Assembly (NCBI GenBank): GCA_964618645.1
Contig: CAZUBW010000011.1
Span: 2,367-66,366, forward strand
From: an uncultured Bacteroidales bacterium
GTDB taxonomy: Bacteria > Bacteroidota > Bacteroidia > Bacteroidales > UBA10428
Reading direction: 5' to 3'
DNA: 64,000 nt
The number at the start of each line of letters is the position of its first letter. Position 1 is the stretch's first letter. This document shows positions 37,233 through 46,383 of this stretch, piece by piece. The translations under genes and the position numbers were made by a program. The notes under the pieces are model-generated. The model was not told the origin of the DNA, did no database searches, and saw only the letters and a list, made by a program, of their open reading frames with translations.

Positions 37233-40211
37233 ATGAAATCTTTATTCATTGTTGCTGTTCTCCTGACGGGAACATTTCTGCATCTTACAGCCCAGGCTTA
37301 TTTTCAGCAGGAAGTGAATTACACCCTTTCGGTTGCCCTTAACGACAGGGATCACACCCTGACAGGTTTCGAAACCATTGAATATATTAATAACTCAACT
37401 GAATCATTGCCATACCTTTATTTTCATTTATGGCCCAATGCTTATAAGGATAACGAATCGGCATTTGCCAGGCAACAATTGGAACATGGCGATAAACGAT
37501 TCCATTTTGCCGGTGACGACAAACGCGGGTATATCGATTCACTCGACTTCCGTGTTAAAGGCCAATCGCTTGAGTGGACTTATGACGATGCGCACGCCGA
37601 TATCTGCAAGATATTGCTGCCGGAGTTGCTGGAACCCGGCGACACCGTGGTGATTACCACTCCCTTTTTTGTTAAGATACCGGGCGCATTTTCGCGATTT
37701 GGTCATGTGGGGCAATCGTACCAGGTTACCCAGTGGTATCCGAAGCCGGCGGTTTACGACCGGCATGGCTGGAACAAGATGCCCTACCTCGATCAGGGTG
37801 AATTCTATTCGGAATACGGTTCCTTTGAGGTTTCCATTACCCTGCCACGCAATTACGTGGTGGGTGCCACCGGTAACCTGGTAACCCCCGAAGAGGCCGA
37901 CTGGCTGGACTGGAAAGCCGCTGATACCACCTCCCTGGCGGCTAATCCTGTTTCGGTTCCCGAGTTGAAAACCATCCGCTACAAGGAAGAAAACATACAC
38001 GACTTTGCCTGGTTTGCCGATAAACAATACCTGGTTGACAAAGGCGAAGTCATGTTGAAAAGTGGTAAAAAGGTCACAATCTGGGCCATGTATCCGCCAT
38101 CGCAGGCTGTAAAATGGAAGGATGCCCTTACCTACCTGCATGATGCCATAACCTATTATTCCGCATGGTATATGGATTACCCTTACAATAACTGTTCTGC
38201 CGTGTACGGTAGTATTGAGGCGGGAGGTGCCATGGAATATCCTACCATCACGGTGGTGGGCAATGCCGGTACCACTTATATGCTCGAAGAATATATCATG
38301 CACGAAGTGGGCCATAACTGGTTTTATGGCATACTGGGTTTTAACGAACGTACTTTTCCCTATCTCGATGAGGGATTGAATACCTTCAGTGAATTCAGGT
38401 ACATGCGCACCAAATATCCGCACCTTAAACTATATGAGTGGATGATTGGAAATCCTGTACCGGCCAAACTCGCCAATATCAGTGATCTCCCTTATTCTAT
38501 GATGTATGGGCTGATTTTTCTGGCTTCTGCACGTGAGAACTTCGAACAACCCATTAACCTGCACAGCGAGCAGTTTTCTTCACTCAATTACGGCTCAATG
38601 ACCTATTATAAAGCTGCGCTTGTTTTCACCTATCTTATGCAATCGGTAGGTGAGGATACATTTAACGCTATCATGCAGGAATTCTTCAACAACTGGCAAT
38701 ACCGGCATCCTGGTCCTGACGACCTGCGTAAGGCTTTCGAAGAAAATACAGATGAAGAACTGGCCTGGTTGTTCGACGATCTGATGGGTACCACCAAACG
38801 TCTTAATTACGGTATCAGCAAGGTACAACCCGGAAAGGTACTGGTAAAAAATTACGGACAGGTGGCTTCACCGGTGAAGCTTACCCTGAAAAATGACGGG
38901 GAAGCAGTGACATCAGCCTGGTATCCGGGCTTTTCCGGAAAAAAATGGCTTGAGCTGCCAACTTCATCCGGCAATCGCGTAGTACTTTTCGATTCGGTAT
39001 GGCTTCCGGAGATCAACAGGCACAACAATTTTCACAAAACTGCCGGCCTGCTTCGCAAAACAGAGCCGGTTAATCTTCACCCCTTGCAATTGCTGGAAAA
39101 TCCAGGTTCCACGCGTATCGGTATAATGCCGGCGTTGGGATGGAACAATTATAATAAAACCTTGCTGGGTATTGTGGTATACAGTCCTTTGCTCTTTACC
39201 CGCACATTGGAATTTCAGCTGATGCCCATGGTTGGGTTGGGAAATCACGATGTGGCAGGCATGGGAAAGGTTACCCTCAACCTGTTTCCGCGCAACGGTA
39301 TAATCCGTACCATTCAGCTTAGTGCCAAAGCCCGCCGGTTTGGTTATTTCACCGAAAATGGAAACAGCTACAACACAGCAGGCGGCGATGTTAATATTGT
39401 TTTCAGGAATGCAGAAGCCCGGAGCAAGGCTGTTAAGGCCTTAAATATCAGCGGAGTTTTGGTTGACGAACCTCAATTTGAACCTGGCGGCGACTTGTTG
39501 CAGCTTTACTATTTCGATATAGATGCATCCTTAAGTCAGCCTTATACCTTGTATTCCTATAGCGTTGGGTTGAATATGGAAAAAAGCAACAACTACCTGC
39601 GGGCATCCGTTGAGCTAAAAGCAGCCCTTCATACAAATTATGCCCGAAATGCCATCCAGTTCAGGGCTTTTGTCGGCGGTTTTCTGGATACGGAAAGTGA
39701 TTTCGGCATGCGCAATGCGTTAAGGCTGAGTGGCGCTTCGGGATATTACGACACCAAATACAACGATCTCTACCTGGGCCGGTTTGAAACCCTCGGAGAC
39801 CCGAATCGTCAGAAATTGCTGTCACAGCAGTTTACAGCTGACCATGGGGGCTTTGCTTCAAATAACCCTTTTGCCTACTCTGATAAATGGCTGGCTTCAG
39901 CCGGTTTAACGGTTAAAGTGCCCAGGTTACCGGTTTCCCTTTTCGTGAATGCCGGAACCTATTCAGGTGCAGGAGATTCCTGGCTCTACGAGTCAGTTGA
40001 AAAAGACATCTTATCAGAACTTATACCCTTTGAAACGGGTGCCATGTTGAGTATTTCCGGAATCCTTAAAGTTTATTTCCCGGTTTGGGTATCACGCGAC
40101 ATGGCCGAGATAAACGACCTGTTTACTGAAAACTACTGGCAAACCATCCGCTACTCCATCAGCTTCAACCAGCTAAACCCCTGGAAACTCAGAAATACGA
40201 TATTTCAATGA
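37233..40211 (+). CDS. M1-family zinc metallopeptidase (aminopeptidase N-like), secreted
   Basis: 992 aa with a signal peptide. GAMEYP exopeptidase-like motif followed by HEVGHNWFYG, then a downstream Glu in FPYLDEGLNTF. This is the classic M1 gluzincin arrangement. Confidence 0.85.
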   Translation: MKSLFIVAVLLTGTFLHLTAQAYFQQEVNYTLSVALNDRDHTLTGFETIEYINNSTESLPYLYFHLWPNAYKDNESAFARQQLEHGDKRFHFAGDDKRGYIDSLDFRVKGQSLEWTYDDAHADICKILLPELLEPGDTVVITTPFFVKIPGAFSRFGHVGQSYQVTQWYPKPAVYDRHGWNKMPYLDQGEFYSEYGSFEVSITLPRNYVVGATGNLVTPEEADWLDWKAADTTSLAANPVSVPELKTIRYKEENIHDFAWFADKQYLVDKGEVMLKSGKKVTIWAMYPPSQAVKWKDALTYLHDAITYYSAWYMDYPYNNCSAVYGSIEAGGAMEYPTITVVGNAGTTYMLEEYIMHEVGHNWFYGILGFNERTFPYLDEGLNTFSEFRYMRTKYPHLKLYEWMIGNPVPAKLANISDLPYSMMYGLIFLASARENFEQPINLHSEQFSSLNYGSMTYYKAALVFTYLMQSVGEDTFNAIMQEFFNNWQYRHPGPDDLRKAFEENTDEELAWLFDDLMGTTKRLNYGISKVQPGKVLVKNYGQVASPVKLTLKNDGEAVTSAWYPGFSGKKWLELPTSSGNRVVLFDSVWLPEINRHNNFHKTAGLLRKTEPVNLHPLQLLENPGSTRIGIMPALGWNNYNKTLLGIVVYSPLLFTRTLEFQLMPMVGLGNHDVAGMGKVTLNLFPRNGIIRTIQLSAKARRFGYFTENGNSYNTAGGDVNIVFRNAEARSKAVKALNISGVLVDEPQFEPGGDLLQLYYFDIDASLSQPYTLYSYSVGLNMEKSNNYLRASVELKAALHTNYARNAIQFRAFVGGFLDTESDFGMRNALRLSGASGYYDTKYNDLYLGRFETLGDPNRQKLLSQQFTADHGGFASNNPFAYSDKWLASAGLTVKVPRLPVSLFVNAGTYSGAGDSWLYESVEKDILSELIPFETGAMLSISGILKVYFPVWVSRDMAEINDLFTENYWQTIRYSISFNQLNPWKLRNTIFQ

Positions 40212-40237
40212 AAAGACCTTTTTCCAACTGATGGCGA

Positions 40238-42325
40238 TCATTGTTCTTCGAGCCACCTGAGGAATTTTTCCACATCGGGGTCATAGGTATAATAGGTATC
40301 CGAAAGGTTATTTCCGTTACCATCCACCAGGGCGTATAGCGGCAAGGCATTTGAGCCAAAACGGGCAATCTGCAGGTCCTGGTTCTTTTTGCCAATGGTA
40401 TTTTTAACCTTGCCATCCACGGTTGAGGTAATCCATTCCGGTTCCGGAAGCTTAGTTTTATCGTCGGTATAGAGCGCAACGATGATGAATTTCTCATTCA
40501 GCAGCTTTAGCACACGGGGATCGGACCAGACTTCGGCGTACATCTTTTTGCAGTTCGAACAGGTGTGCCCGACAAAGTCAACCAGCACAGGCTTCCCTTT
40601 TTCACGGGCGCAGGCTAGCGCTTCGTCATAATCGAAATAGCCCTGCAGGTCATGGGGAAGCGATAAGAAGTCCGCATACTGTGGGGTGTTGCATAAAGCT
40701 GTCGCTGTTTTTTCAAGTGAAGTTGCGGGCATGGCGGAGACAGACGGTGGTGTATTTATGGCGGTTTCTTTACCGGGAGGCGGTATAATGGAAGAAAGAC
40801 CTTTTAATTCATTCCCGAAAAATCCGGTAAAGAGGTATAATCCAAACGAAAAACTGGCCAGCGCCAGCATAAGTCGAGGCACCCCTATGTAAGGCAATGC
40901 ACTGTCGTGTGCAAACTTAAGTCTGCCCAGCAGGTAGAATCCCAGCATAACAAAGATCACCGTCCATATGCTGATAAAGATCTCCCGGTTCAGCAATCCA
41001 AGGTGATAGCTCTGATCGACCTTGGCGAGGAAGTATAGCGAAAAGGCCAGCATGATAAAGGCAAATACCACCTTTACCGCGTTCAGCCAGCCGCCCGATT
41101 TGGGCAGTCCCTGCAGCCACGAGGGAAATATGGCAAAAAGCGTAAAGGGCAGGGCAAAAACCAGTGAAAAGCCAGCCATGCCTACAACAGGTTCAAGTAC
41201 ATCGCCCTGTGAAGCCTTTATCAGCAACGAGGCAACAATTGGCCCCGTGCACGAAAAGGACAGGATGGCCATGGCCAGGGCCATGAAAAAGGCGCCTATA
41301 TACCCCCCCTTATCAGCCTGCTGATCGACTTTGTTGGCAAGTCCCGATGGTAGCATAATTTCAAAGGCGCCAAAGAATGAGGCCGCCAGCGCGATAAAAA
41401 TGGTAAAGAAGATGAGGTTAGTTAACCAGTGCGTGGTGAAGTTATTTACGGCATTGGGGTTTTTGAATATGGCTACCAAAACACCTATCAAGGTGTACAG
41501 CAGCACAATGGAGAGTCCGAAGACTAGCGCTTCGCTGATGGCTTTTGACCTTTTTTTGTTACCCCTGAGAAAGAAGGAAACGGTCATGGGTATCATGGGG
41601 TAAACGCAGGGTGTGAGTAATCCGCCCAATCCGGCCAGCATCGACAGGAAAAACACGCCCCAAAGCGACTTTTGTCCGGGAACTGGTTGATTAGCAGGGG
41701 CAGGTGCAGTAGCAGTGGCAGTGGCAGTAGCAGTGGCAGTATTTGTCACAGATGTATCCGATGCAATGTTTTCAGGTGATATCGTTGGGCTTATGGCATC
41801 ATCGGAAGTCACGGGTTGTGAAGGTTGTGTTACTTTTTCTGCCGCTGTGGCGTTTGCTGCTTTTTCCAAACCACTGAGCCGGAAGGTAAAGTCTGCATCG
41901 CCCAAAACACATTGCATGTCGCTGCAGGTCATAAATTCGAGTGTGCCGCTGACAATAATGCTGTCGGCTTGTGTTTTTTTGATCCGCTGGGTAAATGTTA
42001 CTTCACCATCATGCAATTCAAGTTGCATATTGAAAATGGGATCGTCTACAATTTCTGGCTTTGGCGACTGGGTGGGCTTTCCTGTCAGGGTAAAACCTTT
42101 TGTGTCGGTAAAGGAGATCGATGCCGGAATAGGGCCCCCTTCGGGGATATTCAGCCCGTACATGTGCCATGGCTTGCTAATGGTGGCTTTGAATACCAGG
42201 TCTACCTGGTCCTTACCGGCCGGTTTGGTGGAAAACGACCATTTAACAGGGTTAATAACCTGTGCAGTGATGGTCTGACCCAGGGTGAACAGAAATAAGG
42301 CAATGAATAAACGTTTGATCAGCAT
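40238..42325 (-). CDS. dsbD: DsbD-family thiol:disulfide interchange protein
   Basis: The Met at 42325 gives MLIKRLFIALFLF. N-terminal DsbD-alpha-like domain, a (Thr-Ala)n linker, a TM core with LTPCVYPMIP and SFSCTGPI cysteines, and a C-terminal thioredoxin fold with CSNC. Confidence 0.85.
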   Translation of the reverse strand: MLIKRLFIALFLFTLGQTITAQVINPVKWSFSTKPAGKDQVDLVFKATISKPWHMYGLNIPEGGPIPASISFTDTKGFTLTGKPTQSPKPEIVDDPIFNMQLELHDGEVTFTQRIKKTQADSIIVSGTLEFMTCSDMQCVLGDADFTFRLSGLEKAANATAAEKVTQPSQPVTSDDAISPTISPENIASDTSVTNTATATATATATAPAPANQPVPGQKSLWGVFFLSMLAGLGGLLTPCVYPMIPMTVSFFLRGNKKRSKAISEALVFGLSIVLLYTLIGVLVAIFKNPNAVNNFTTHWLTNLIFFTIFIALAASFFGAFEIMLPSGLANKVDQQADKGGYIGAFFMALAMAILSFSCTGPIVASLLIKASQGDVLEPVVGMAGFSLVFALPFTLFAIFPSWLQGLPKSGGWLNAVKVVFAFIMLAFSLYFLAKVDQSYHLGLLNREIFISIWTVIFVMLGFYLLGRLKFAHDSALPYIGVPRLMLALASFSFGLYLFTGFFGNELKGLSSIIPPPGKETAINTPPSVSAMPATSLEKTATALCNTPQYADFLSLPHDLQGYFDYDEALACAREKGKPVLVDFVGHTCSNCKKMYAEVWSDPRVLKLLNEKFIIVALYTDDKTKLPEPEWITSTVDGKVKNTIGKKNQDLQIARFGSNALPLYALVDGNGNNLSDTYYTYDPDVEKFLRWLEEQ

Positions 42326-42451
42326 ATGATAGATTTTATTGTTTCCGGCTGAACACCAGCTACCCAAAATTAAAACAAAATTATTGCTATTTACCGTCTG
42401 TCAATAAAGTTGGTAATAAGTTTCAATGGTCATGTGTCTGTTCAGAGAGTT

Positions 42452-42538
42452 CCATTTGCAAGGCTTGCGAAGTCCGAAAATGCGGAGTTTACTATTCGTA
42501 AATGAGCAATTTTCGGACAAGCGTAACGCGGCAAATGG
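42452..42538. repeat. Nested inverted repeat downstream of rng
   Basis: Outer stem ccatttgc/gcaaatgg (42452-59 with 42531-38). Inner perfect 10-bp stem gtccgaaaat/attttcggac (42472-81 with 42509-18). Lies 54 nt after the rng stop. Confidence 0.5.
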
Positions 42539-42591
42539 GACTTTATGGACAGACACCATTAAAATAAACAGCAGAAACAACAGAAAGTTCT

Positions 42592-44148
42592 CTACAAGCC
42601 GGGAATTTCCTCACCCCTGTTATCAAACAAATGATATTCAAGGAAGTCGTAGGATGAAATAGATACTACTTTAACCCTTACCCCAAAGCGAAAACGCCAT
42701 TTGAAGGCCAGGGGAAAGATGCCTTTTGTAAGGTATGCGGCAACGTAAGGATGTAGTTTAAGGGTAAGCGATTTGGGTTTTTCTTTCTCAAGTATGGTGG
42801 TGATGTGGTTTTCAATTTTGTCAATAAACAGGATGCTGGGGGAAATTTCACCTGTTCCGTTGCAGGTAGGACATTTTTCGGTAGTGCTAACATGCATTTC
42901 GGGTCGCACACGTTGCCGGGTAATCTGCATCAGGCCAAACTTACTGAGCGGGAGGATGCTATGCTTGGCACGGTCGTTTTCCATAACCTGTTTCATTCTC
43001 TCGCTTATTTTTTGCCTGTGGTCGCTTGTTTGCATGTCGATGAAATCGATTACAATAATGCCACCCATATCGCGCAGACGCAACTGGCGGGCAATTTCGT
43101 CGACAGCGGCCATGTTGGTCTCAAAAGCATTTGACTCCTGGTTGGAAACGGTTTTGGAACGGTTGCCGCTGTTCACGTCAATTACGTGAAGGGCTTCGGT
43201 ATGTTCAATAATCAGGTAGGCCCCGTTTTTGAAAGATACCGTTTTGCCGAAGGCCGATTTTATTTGTTTTTCAACGCCATAGTGCTCAAAAATGGGTACT
43301 TCACCCTTGTGCAGCTTTACAATTTTTTCCTTCTCGGGAGCTATGGTGCTGATATATTCTTTTATTTCCCTGTAAATAGTTTCTTCGTCAACAATAATGC
43401 TGTTGAACGATACATTGAGGATGTCGCGCAAAATGGCCGAGGTACGGTTGATTTCGCCAATGAACAGTTGGGGAGGTTTCACCACGCTGCGAAGACTGTC
43501 AAAAGCATTTTCCCATTTCCGGACCAGTCCCCTCAGTTCTGTGTCGAGATCCCTGACCTTTTTGCCTTCGGCAACCGTGCGGACAATAATGCCGTAGTTT
43601 TGTGGTTTTATGCTCTGGATGAGCGTTTTAAGCCGGTTACGTTCCTCGGCAGATTGAATTTTTTGCGATACCGAAACTTTGTCGTGAAATGGCATCAACA
43701 CCAAATTTCTTCCGGCAATGGAAATTTCGGAAGTAAGACGGGGACCTTTTGTAGAAATAGGTTCCTTGGCAATCTGCACCATAACCAGTTGGCCCTGGGT
43801 AAGCACATCCGTAATGGTGCCCTCCTTGTCGATGTCTTTATCGCGTTTGAATTTCTGGAACGAAAAGCCCTTACCTCTTCTATTCATGCTGGTCTCGAGG
43901 TATTTATGCAGTGATCTTACCTGCGGACCAAGATCGAGGTAATGCAAAAACGCATCCTTCTCATAACCCACATCCACAAAAGCAGCATTAAGCCCTGGCA
44001 TGAGCTTTTTCACCTTGCCCAGATAAATGTCACCAACGGCAAATTTAGGATTGCTTTTTTCCTTGTTAAGTTCAACTAACTTTTTATCCTCCAAAAGAGC
44101 TATGCTTACATCGTTTGAAGATGTATCAATGATCAGTTCTTTGCTCAC
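42592..44148 (-). CDS. rng: Rne/Rng-family ribonuclease (RNase G-like)
   Basis: 518 aa. S1 domain (GDIYLGKVKKLMPGLNAAFVDVGYEKDAFLH), catalytic core (LIIEHTEALHVIDVNSG..GGIIVIDFIDM) and Zn-link-like CPTCNGTG. Confidence 0.9.
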   Translation of the reverse strand: MSKELIIDTSSNDVSIALLEDKKLVELNKEKSNPKFAVGDIYLGKVKKLMPGLNAAFVDVGYEKDAFLHYLDLGPQVRSLHKYLETSMNRRGKGFSFQKFKRDKDIDKEGTITDVLTQGQLVMVQIAKEPISTKGPRLTSEISIAGRNLVLMPFHDKVSVSQKIQSAEERNRLKTLIQSIKPQNYGIIVRTVAEGKKVRDLDTELRGLVRKWENAFDSLRSVVKPPQLFIGEINRTSAILRDILNVSFNSIIVDEETIYREIKEYISTIAPEKEKIVKLHKGEVPIFEHYGVEKQIKSAFGKTVSFKNGAYLIIEHTEALHVIDVNSGNRSKTVSNQESNAFETNMAAVDEIARQLRLRDMGGIIVIDFIDMQTSDHRQKISERMKQVMENDRAKHSILPLSKFGLMQITRQRVRPEMHVSTTEKCPTCNGTGEISPSILFIDKIENHITTILEKEKPKSLTLKLHPYVAAYLTKGIFPLAFKWRFRFGVRVKVVSISSYDFLEYHLFDNRGEEIPGL

Positions 44149-44214
44149 ATTTTTTCTTTATTATAAATCCGGCTTGTTTCAGGAGCCTGCAGAACGCCCA
44201 TAATTAAACATAAT

Positions 44215-44247
44215 AAACCTAAAGAGAAATAGTTCTACTTTAGGTTT
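44215..44247 (-). terminator. Hairpin terminator candidate downstream of the tiny basic-protein gene
   Basis: aaacctaaag / ctttaggttt gives a perfect 10-bp stem with a 13-nt loop, 30 nt after the stop at 44277. A moderately U-rich tract follows on the minus strand. Confidence 0.45.
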
Positions 44248-44276
44248 ATTTCAGTTTATAATGAATAAGTTACAGA

Positions 44277-44372
44277 CTATCTGTTCTTCTTCTTATGCCT
44301 GTTCTTCCGCAAACGTTTTTTACGTTTGTGGGTAGCCATCTTATGTCTTTTACGCTTCTTTCCGCTTGGCAT
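44277..44372 (-). CDS. 31-aa Lys/Arg-rich protein (AURKAIP1/COX24-domain, bS22-like); absent from ORF track
   Basis: Hand translation gives ATG(44372)..TAG(44277) = MPSGKKRKRHKMATHKRKKRLRKNRHKKKNR*. It begins 24 nt downstream of the HU gene stop on the same strand and has its own terminator hairpin. The sequence resembles tiny basic proteins annotated this way in Bacteroidota (from memory). Confidence 0.6.
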   Translation of the reverse strand: MPSGKKRKRHKMATHKRKKRLRKNRHKKKNR

Positions 44373-44396
44373 TGTGCAATTGATTTATATTACAAC

Positions 44397-44681
44397 TTAT
44401 TTTACGTTGGCTTTTACCTTGTTTACAAAAGTCTTTGCAGGTTTAAACGAAGGGATATTATGCGCGGGAATAATCAGGGTAGTGTTCTTTGAAATATTCC
44501 TGGCCGTTTTTTTAGCCCTTTTCTTAATAATGAAGCTACCAAATCCTCTGAGGTAGACATTCTTATTAACAACCAGCGAGTCTTTTACAGCTTCCATAAA
44601 AGCTTCTACTGTTTTCTGAACAGTTATTTTCTCAATCCCTGTGTTTTTTGAGATTTCGTTTACAATATCCGCTTTCGTCAT
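44397..44681 (-). CDS. HU/IHF-family DNA-binding protein
   Basis: 94 aa. MTKADIVNEISKNTGIEK..VYLRGFGSFIIKKRAKKTARNISKNTTLIIPAHNIPSFKPAK shows the HU fold signature (RGFG.F, R.GRNP-like arm). Confidence 0.9.
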   Translation of the reverse strand: MTKADIVNEISKNTGIEKITVQKTVEAFMEAVKDSLVVNKNVYLRGFGSFIIKKRAKKTARNISKNTTLIIPAHNIPSFKPAKTFVNKVKANVK

Positions 44682-44734
44682 TGTTAAAATTCTTTAATTA
44701 TCAATTAATTAGATGTTTACAAAAATATGAGTTG

Positions 44735-44742
44735 CAAATATA
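44735..44742 (-). promoter_or_regulatory. Candidate -7 box (TATATTTG) for HU gene
   Basis: The reverse complement of caaatata is TATATTTG. It lies 54-61 nt upstream of the ATG. The identical octamer occurs upstream of the second HU gene (56313-56320). Confidence 0.45.
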
Positions 44743-44819
44743 AAGTATTTCCTCGGATAAATAAAATAGTAATCCATTAATTTTGACAATCTTTAAGTAA
44801 TAATTACTGAAACCGGGTC

Positions 44820-45884
44820 ATGAATATAGCAGAAACACTGGAGATATGGTATAAAAAAAACAGCAGGAAACTTCCCTGGCGTGAGTCGGTTTCGGCTTAT
44901 CATGTCTGGCTTTCTGAAATTATCCTGCAACAGACCCGGGTAAACCAGGGGTTGGCCTATTATAACCGCTTTGTTGAGCGGTTTCCCGATATCAGGACAT
45001 TGTCTGAAGCGCCGGTAGATGAGGTGCTCAGGTTATGGCAGGGGCTGGGCTATTACACCCGTGCACGCAACATGCACCAGACAGCACAGATAATTGTCAC
45101 CGGGTACCGGGGTGAATTCCCGGCTACCTACAGCGAGCTGCTGAAACTCAAGGGAATTGGTCCCTACACTGCCGCTGCCATAGCCTCTATAGCCTTTAAC
45201 GAGCCGGTTGCCCTTGTCGACGGCAATGTTTTCAGGGTAATTTCACGACTTTTTGGTATTGATACCCCCATTGATACCCCACAGGGAAAGGTTGTGTTTA
45301 TGCAGTATGCCGGGGATCTGTTAAACCGGCATAATCCGGGGTTGCATAACCAGGCCATGATGGAACTCGGCGCGCTTGTGTGCCTGCCACGCAATCCCCG
45401 GTGCTCCGATTGTCCGTTGACGACTCAGTGCAAGGCCTTTAAAGACAATTCGATAAACCTTTTGCCTCAGAAAATTGGTAAAACCAATATGCGCGAAAGG
45501 TTTTTTCATTACCTGTTTATTAACCAAAATGGGCATACCTATATTAAACGTCGTGAGAACAAAGATATCTGGAAATGGCTGTATGAATTTCCCCTGGTCG
45601 AAACCGATGGGGAGACCGACGATGATCAGCTCAGGCATACACCCCTTTGGAAAGCGCTCCTGTCAAAAACAGATGAGCAGGTTGAACCACACGTAAAATA
45701 TTTCAGGCACCAGCTTACCCATCAAACCCTGCACTGCCGTTTTTACACCATTCGTGTAACGCATCAACCTGGTGTTGACAAACAGGGATACCTGCCCGTG
45801 AAAATTACTGAAATAAGCCATTACGCCATTCCCCGGGTAATTGAAAGGTTCCTGGCCGATTTGCAATACGAAAGGCCGCTTTAA
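44820..45884 (+). CDS. mutY: A/G-specific adenine DNA glycosylase
   Basis: 354 aa. HhH-GPD (LKLKGIGPYTAAAIASIAF), 4Fe-4S loop CLPRNPRCSDCPLTTQC and a C-terminal NUDIX-like domain. Confidence 0.9.
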   Translation: MNIAETLEIWYKKNSRKLPWRESVSAYHVWLSEIILQQTRVNQGLAYYNRFVERFPDIRTLSEAPVDEVLRLWQGLGYYTRARNMHQTAQIIVTGYRGEFPATYSELLKLKGIGPYTAAAIASIAFNEPVALVDGNVFRVISRLFGIDTPIDTPQGKVVFMQYAGDLLNRHNPGLHNQAMMELGALVCLPRNPRCSDCPLTTQCKAFKDNSINLLPQKIGKTNMRERFFHYLFINQNGHTYIKRRENKDIWKWLYEFPLVETDGETDDDQLRHTPLWKALLSKTDEQVEPHVKYFRHQLTHQTLHCRFYTIRVTHQPGVDKQGYLPVKITEISHYAIPRVIERFLADLQYERPL

Positions 45885-45937
45885 GTATTAATGCATATTT
45901 TTTTATAATTTTACCTTTCAATTTAAAAAAAAACATC

Positions 45938-46375
45938 ATGTCAGTCAATAAGGTTATTTTGGTCGGGCACGTCGGACAGGACCCCGAAGTGCGTTACCTC
46001 GACAACAACACACCGGTATGCACCATCAGGATGGCAACCAGCGATGTTTATAAAAACAAAAATGGCGAAAGGGTAACTACCACCGAATGGCATAATGTGG
46101 TGCTTTGGAGAGGTCTTGCTGAAGTAGCCGACAAATATGTAAAAAAAGGCAGCCAGATCTACATCGAAGGAAAGCTCAGAACACGTTCCTATGAAGACAA
46201 AGACAAAAACAAAAAATATATCACCGAAATAGTTGCCGATGTCATGCAACTGCTGGGGAAAAGAAGTGATGATGCAGGAAATGGCACCCAAACCCAGGAA
46301 GCGCATACTCCGGCAGCTACCGAAGATAAGGTGCAGGGCGACGAGCCTGATATCACCAACGATCTTCCCTTTTAA
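45938..46375 (+). CDS. ssb: Single-stranded DNA-binding protein
   Basis: 145 aa. OB fold MSVNKVILVGHVGQDPEVRYL..TEWHNVVLWRGLAEVADKYVKKGSQIYIEGKLRTRSY and an acidic tail ending DDLPF. Confidence 0.95.
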   Translation: MSVNKVILVGHVGQDPEVRYLDNNTPVCTIRMATSDVYKNKNGERVTTTEWHNVVLWRGLAEVADKYVKKGSQIYIEGKLRTRSYEDKDKNKKYITEIVADVMQLLGKRSDDAGNGTQTQEAHTPAATEDKVQGDEPDITNDLPF

Positions 46376-46383
46376 ATAACCAA

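Noticed and set aside
37539-38423. 294-aa ORF on the minus strand
   Set aside because: It is entirely antisense to the M1 metallopeptidase gene, which carries unambiguous GAMEYP/HEVGH motifs. It has no motif, signal or start context of its own. It is a typical shadow ORF.
43186-43914. 242-aa ORF on the plus strand
   Set aside because: It is antisense to the well-supported RNase G gene, with low-complexity, Phe/Asn-rich composition typical of a reverse-frame artefact.
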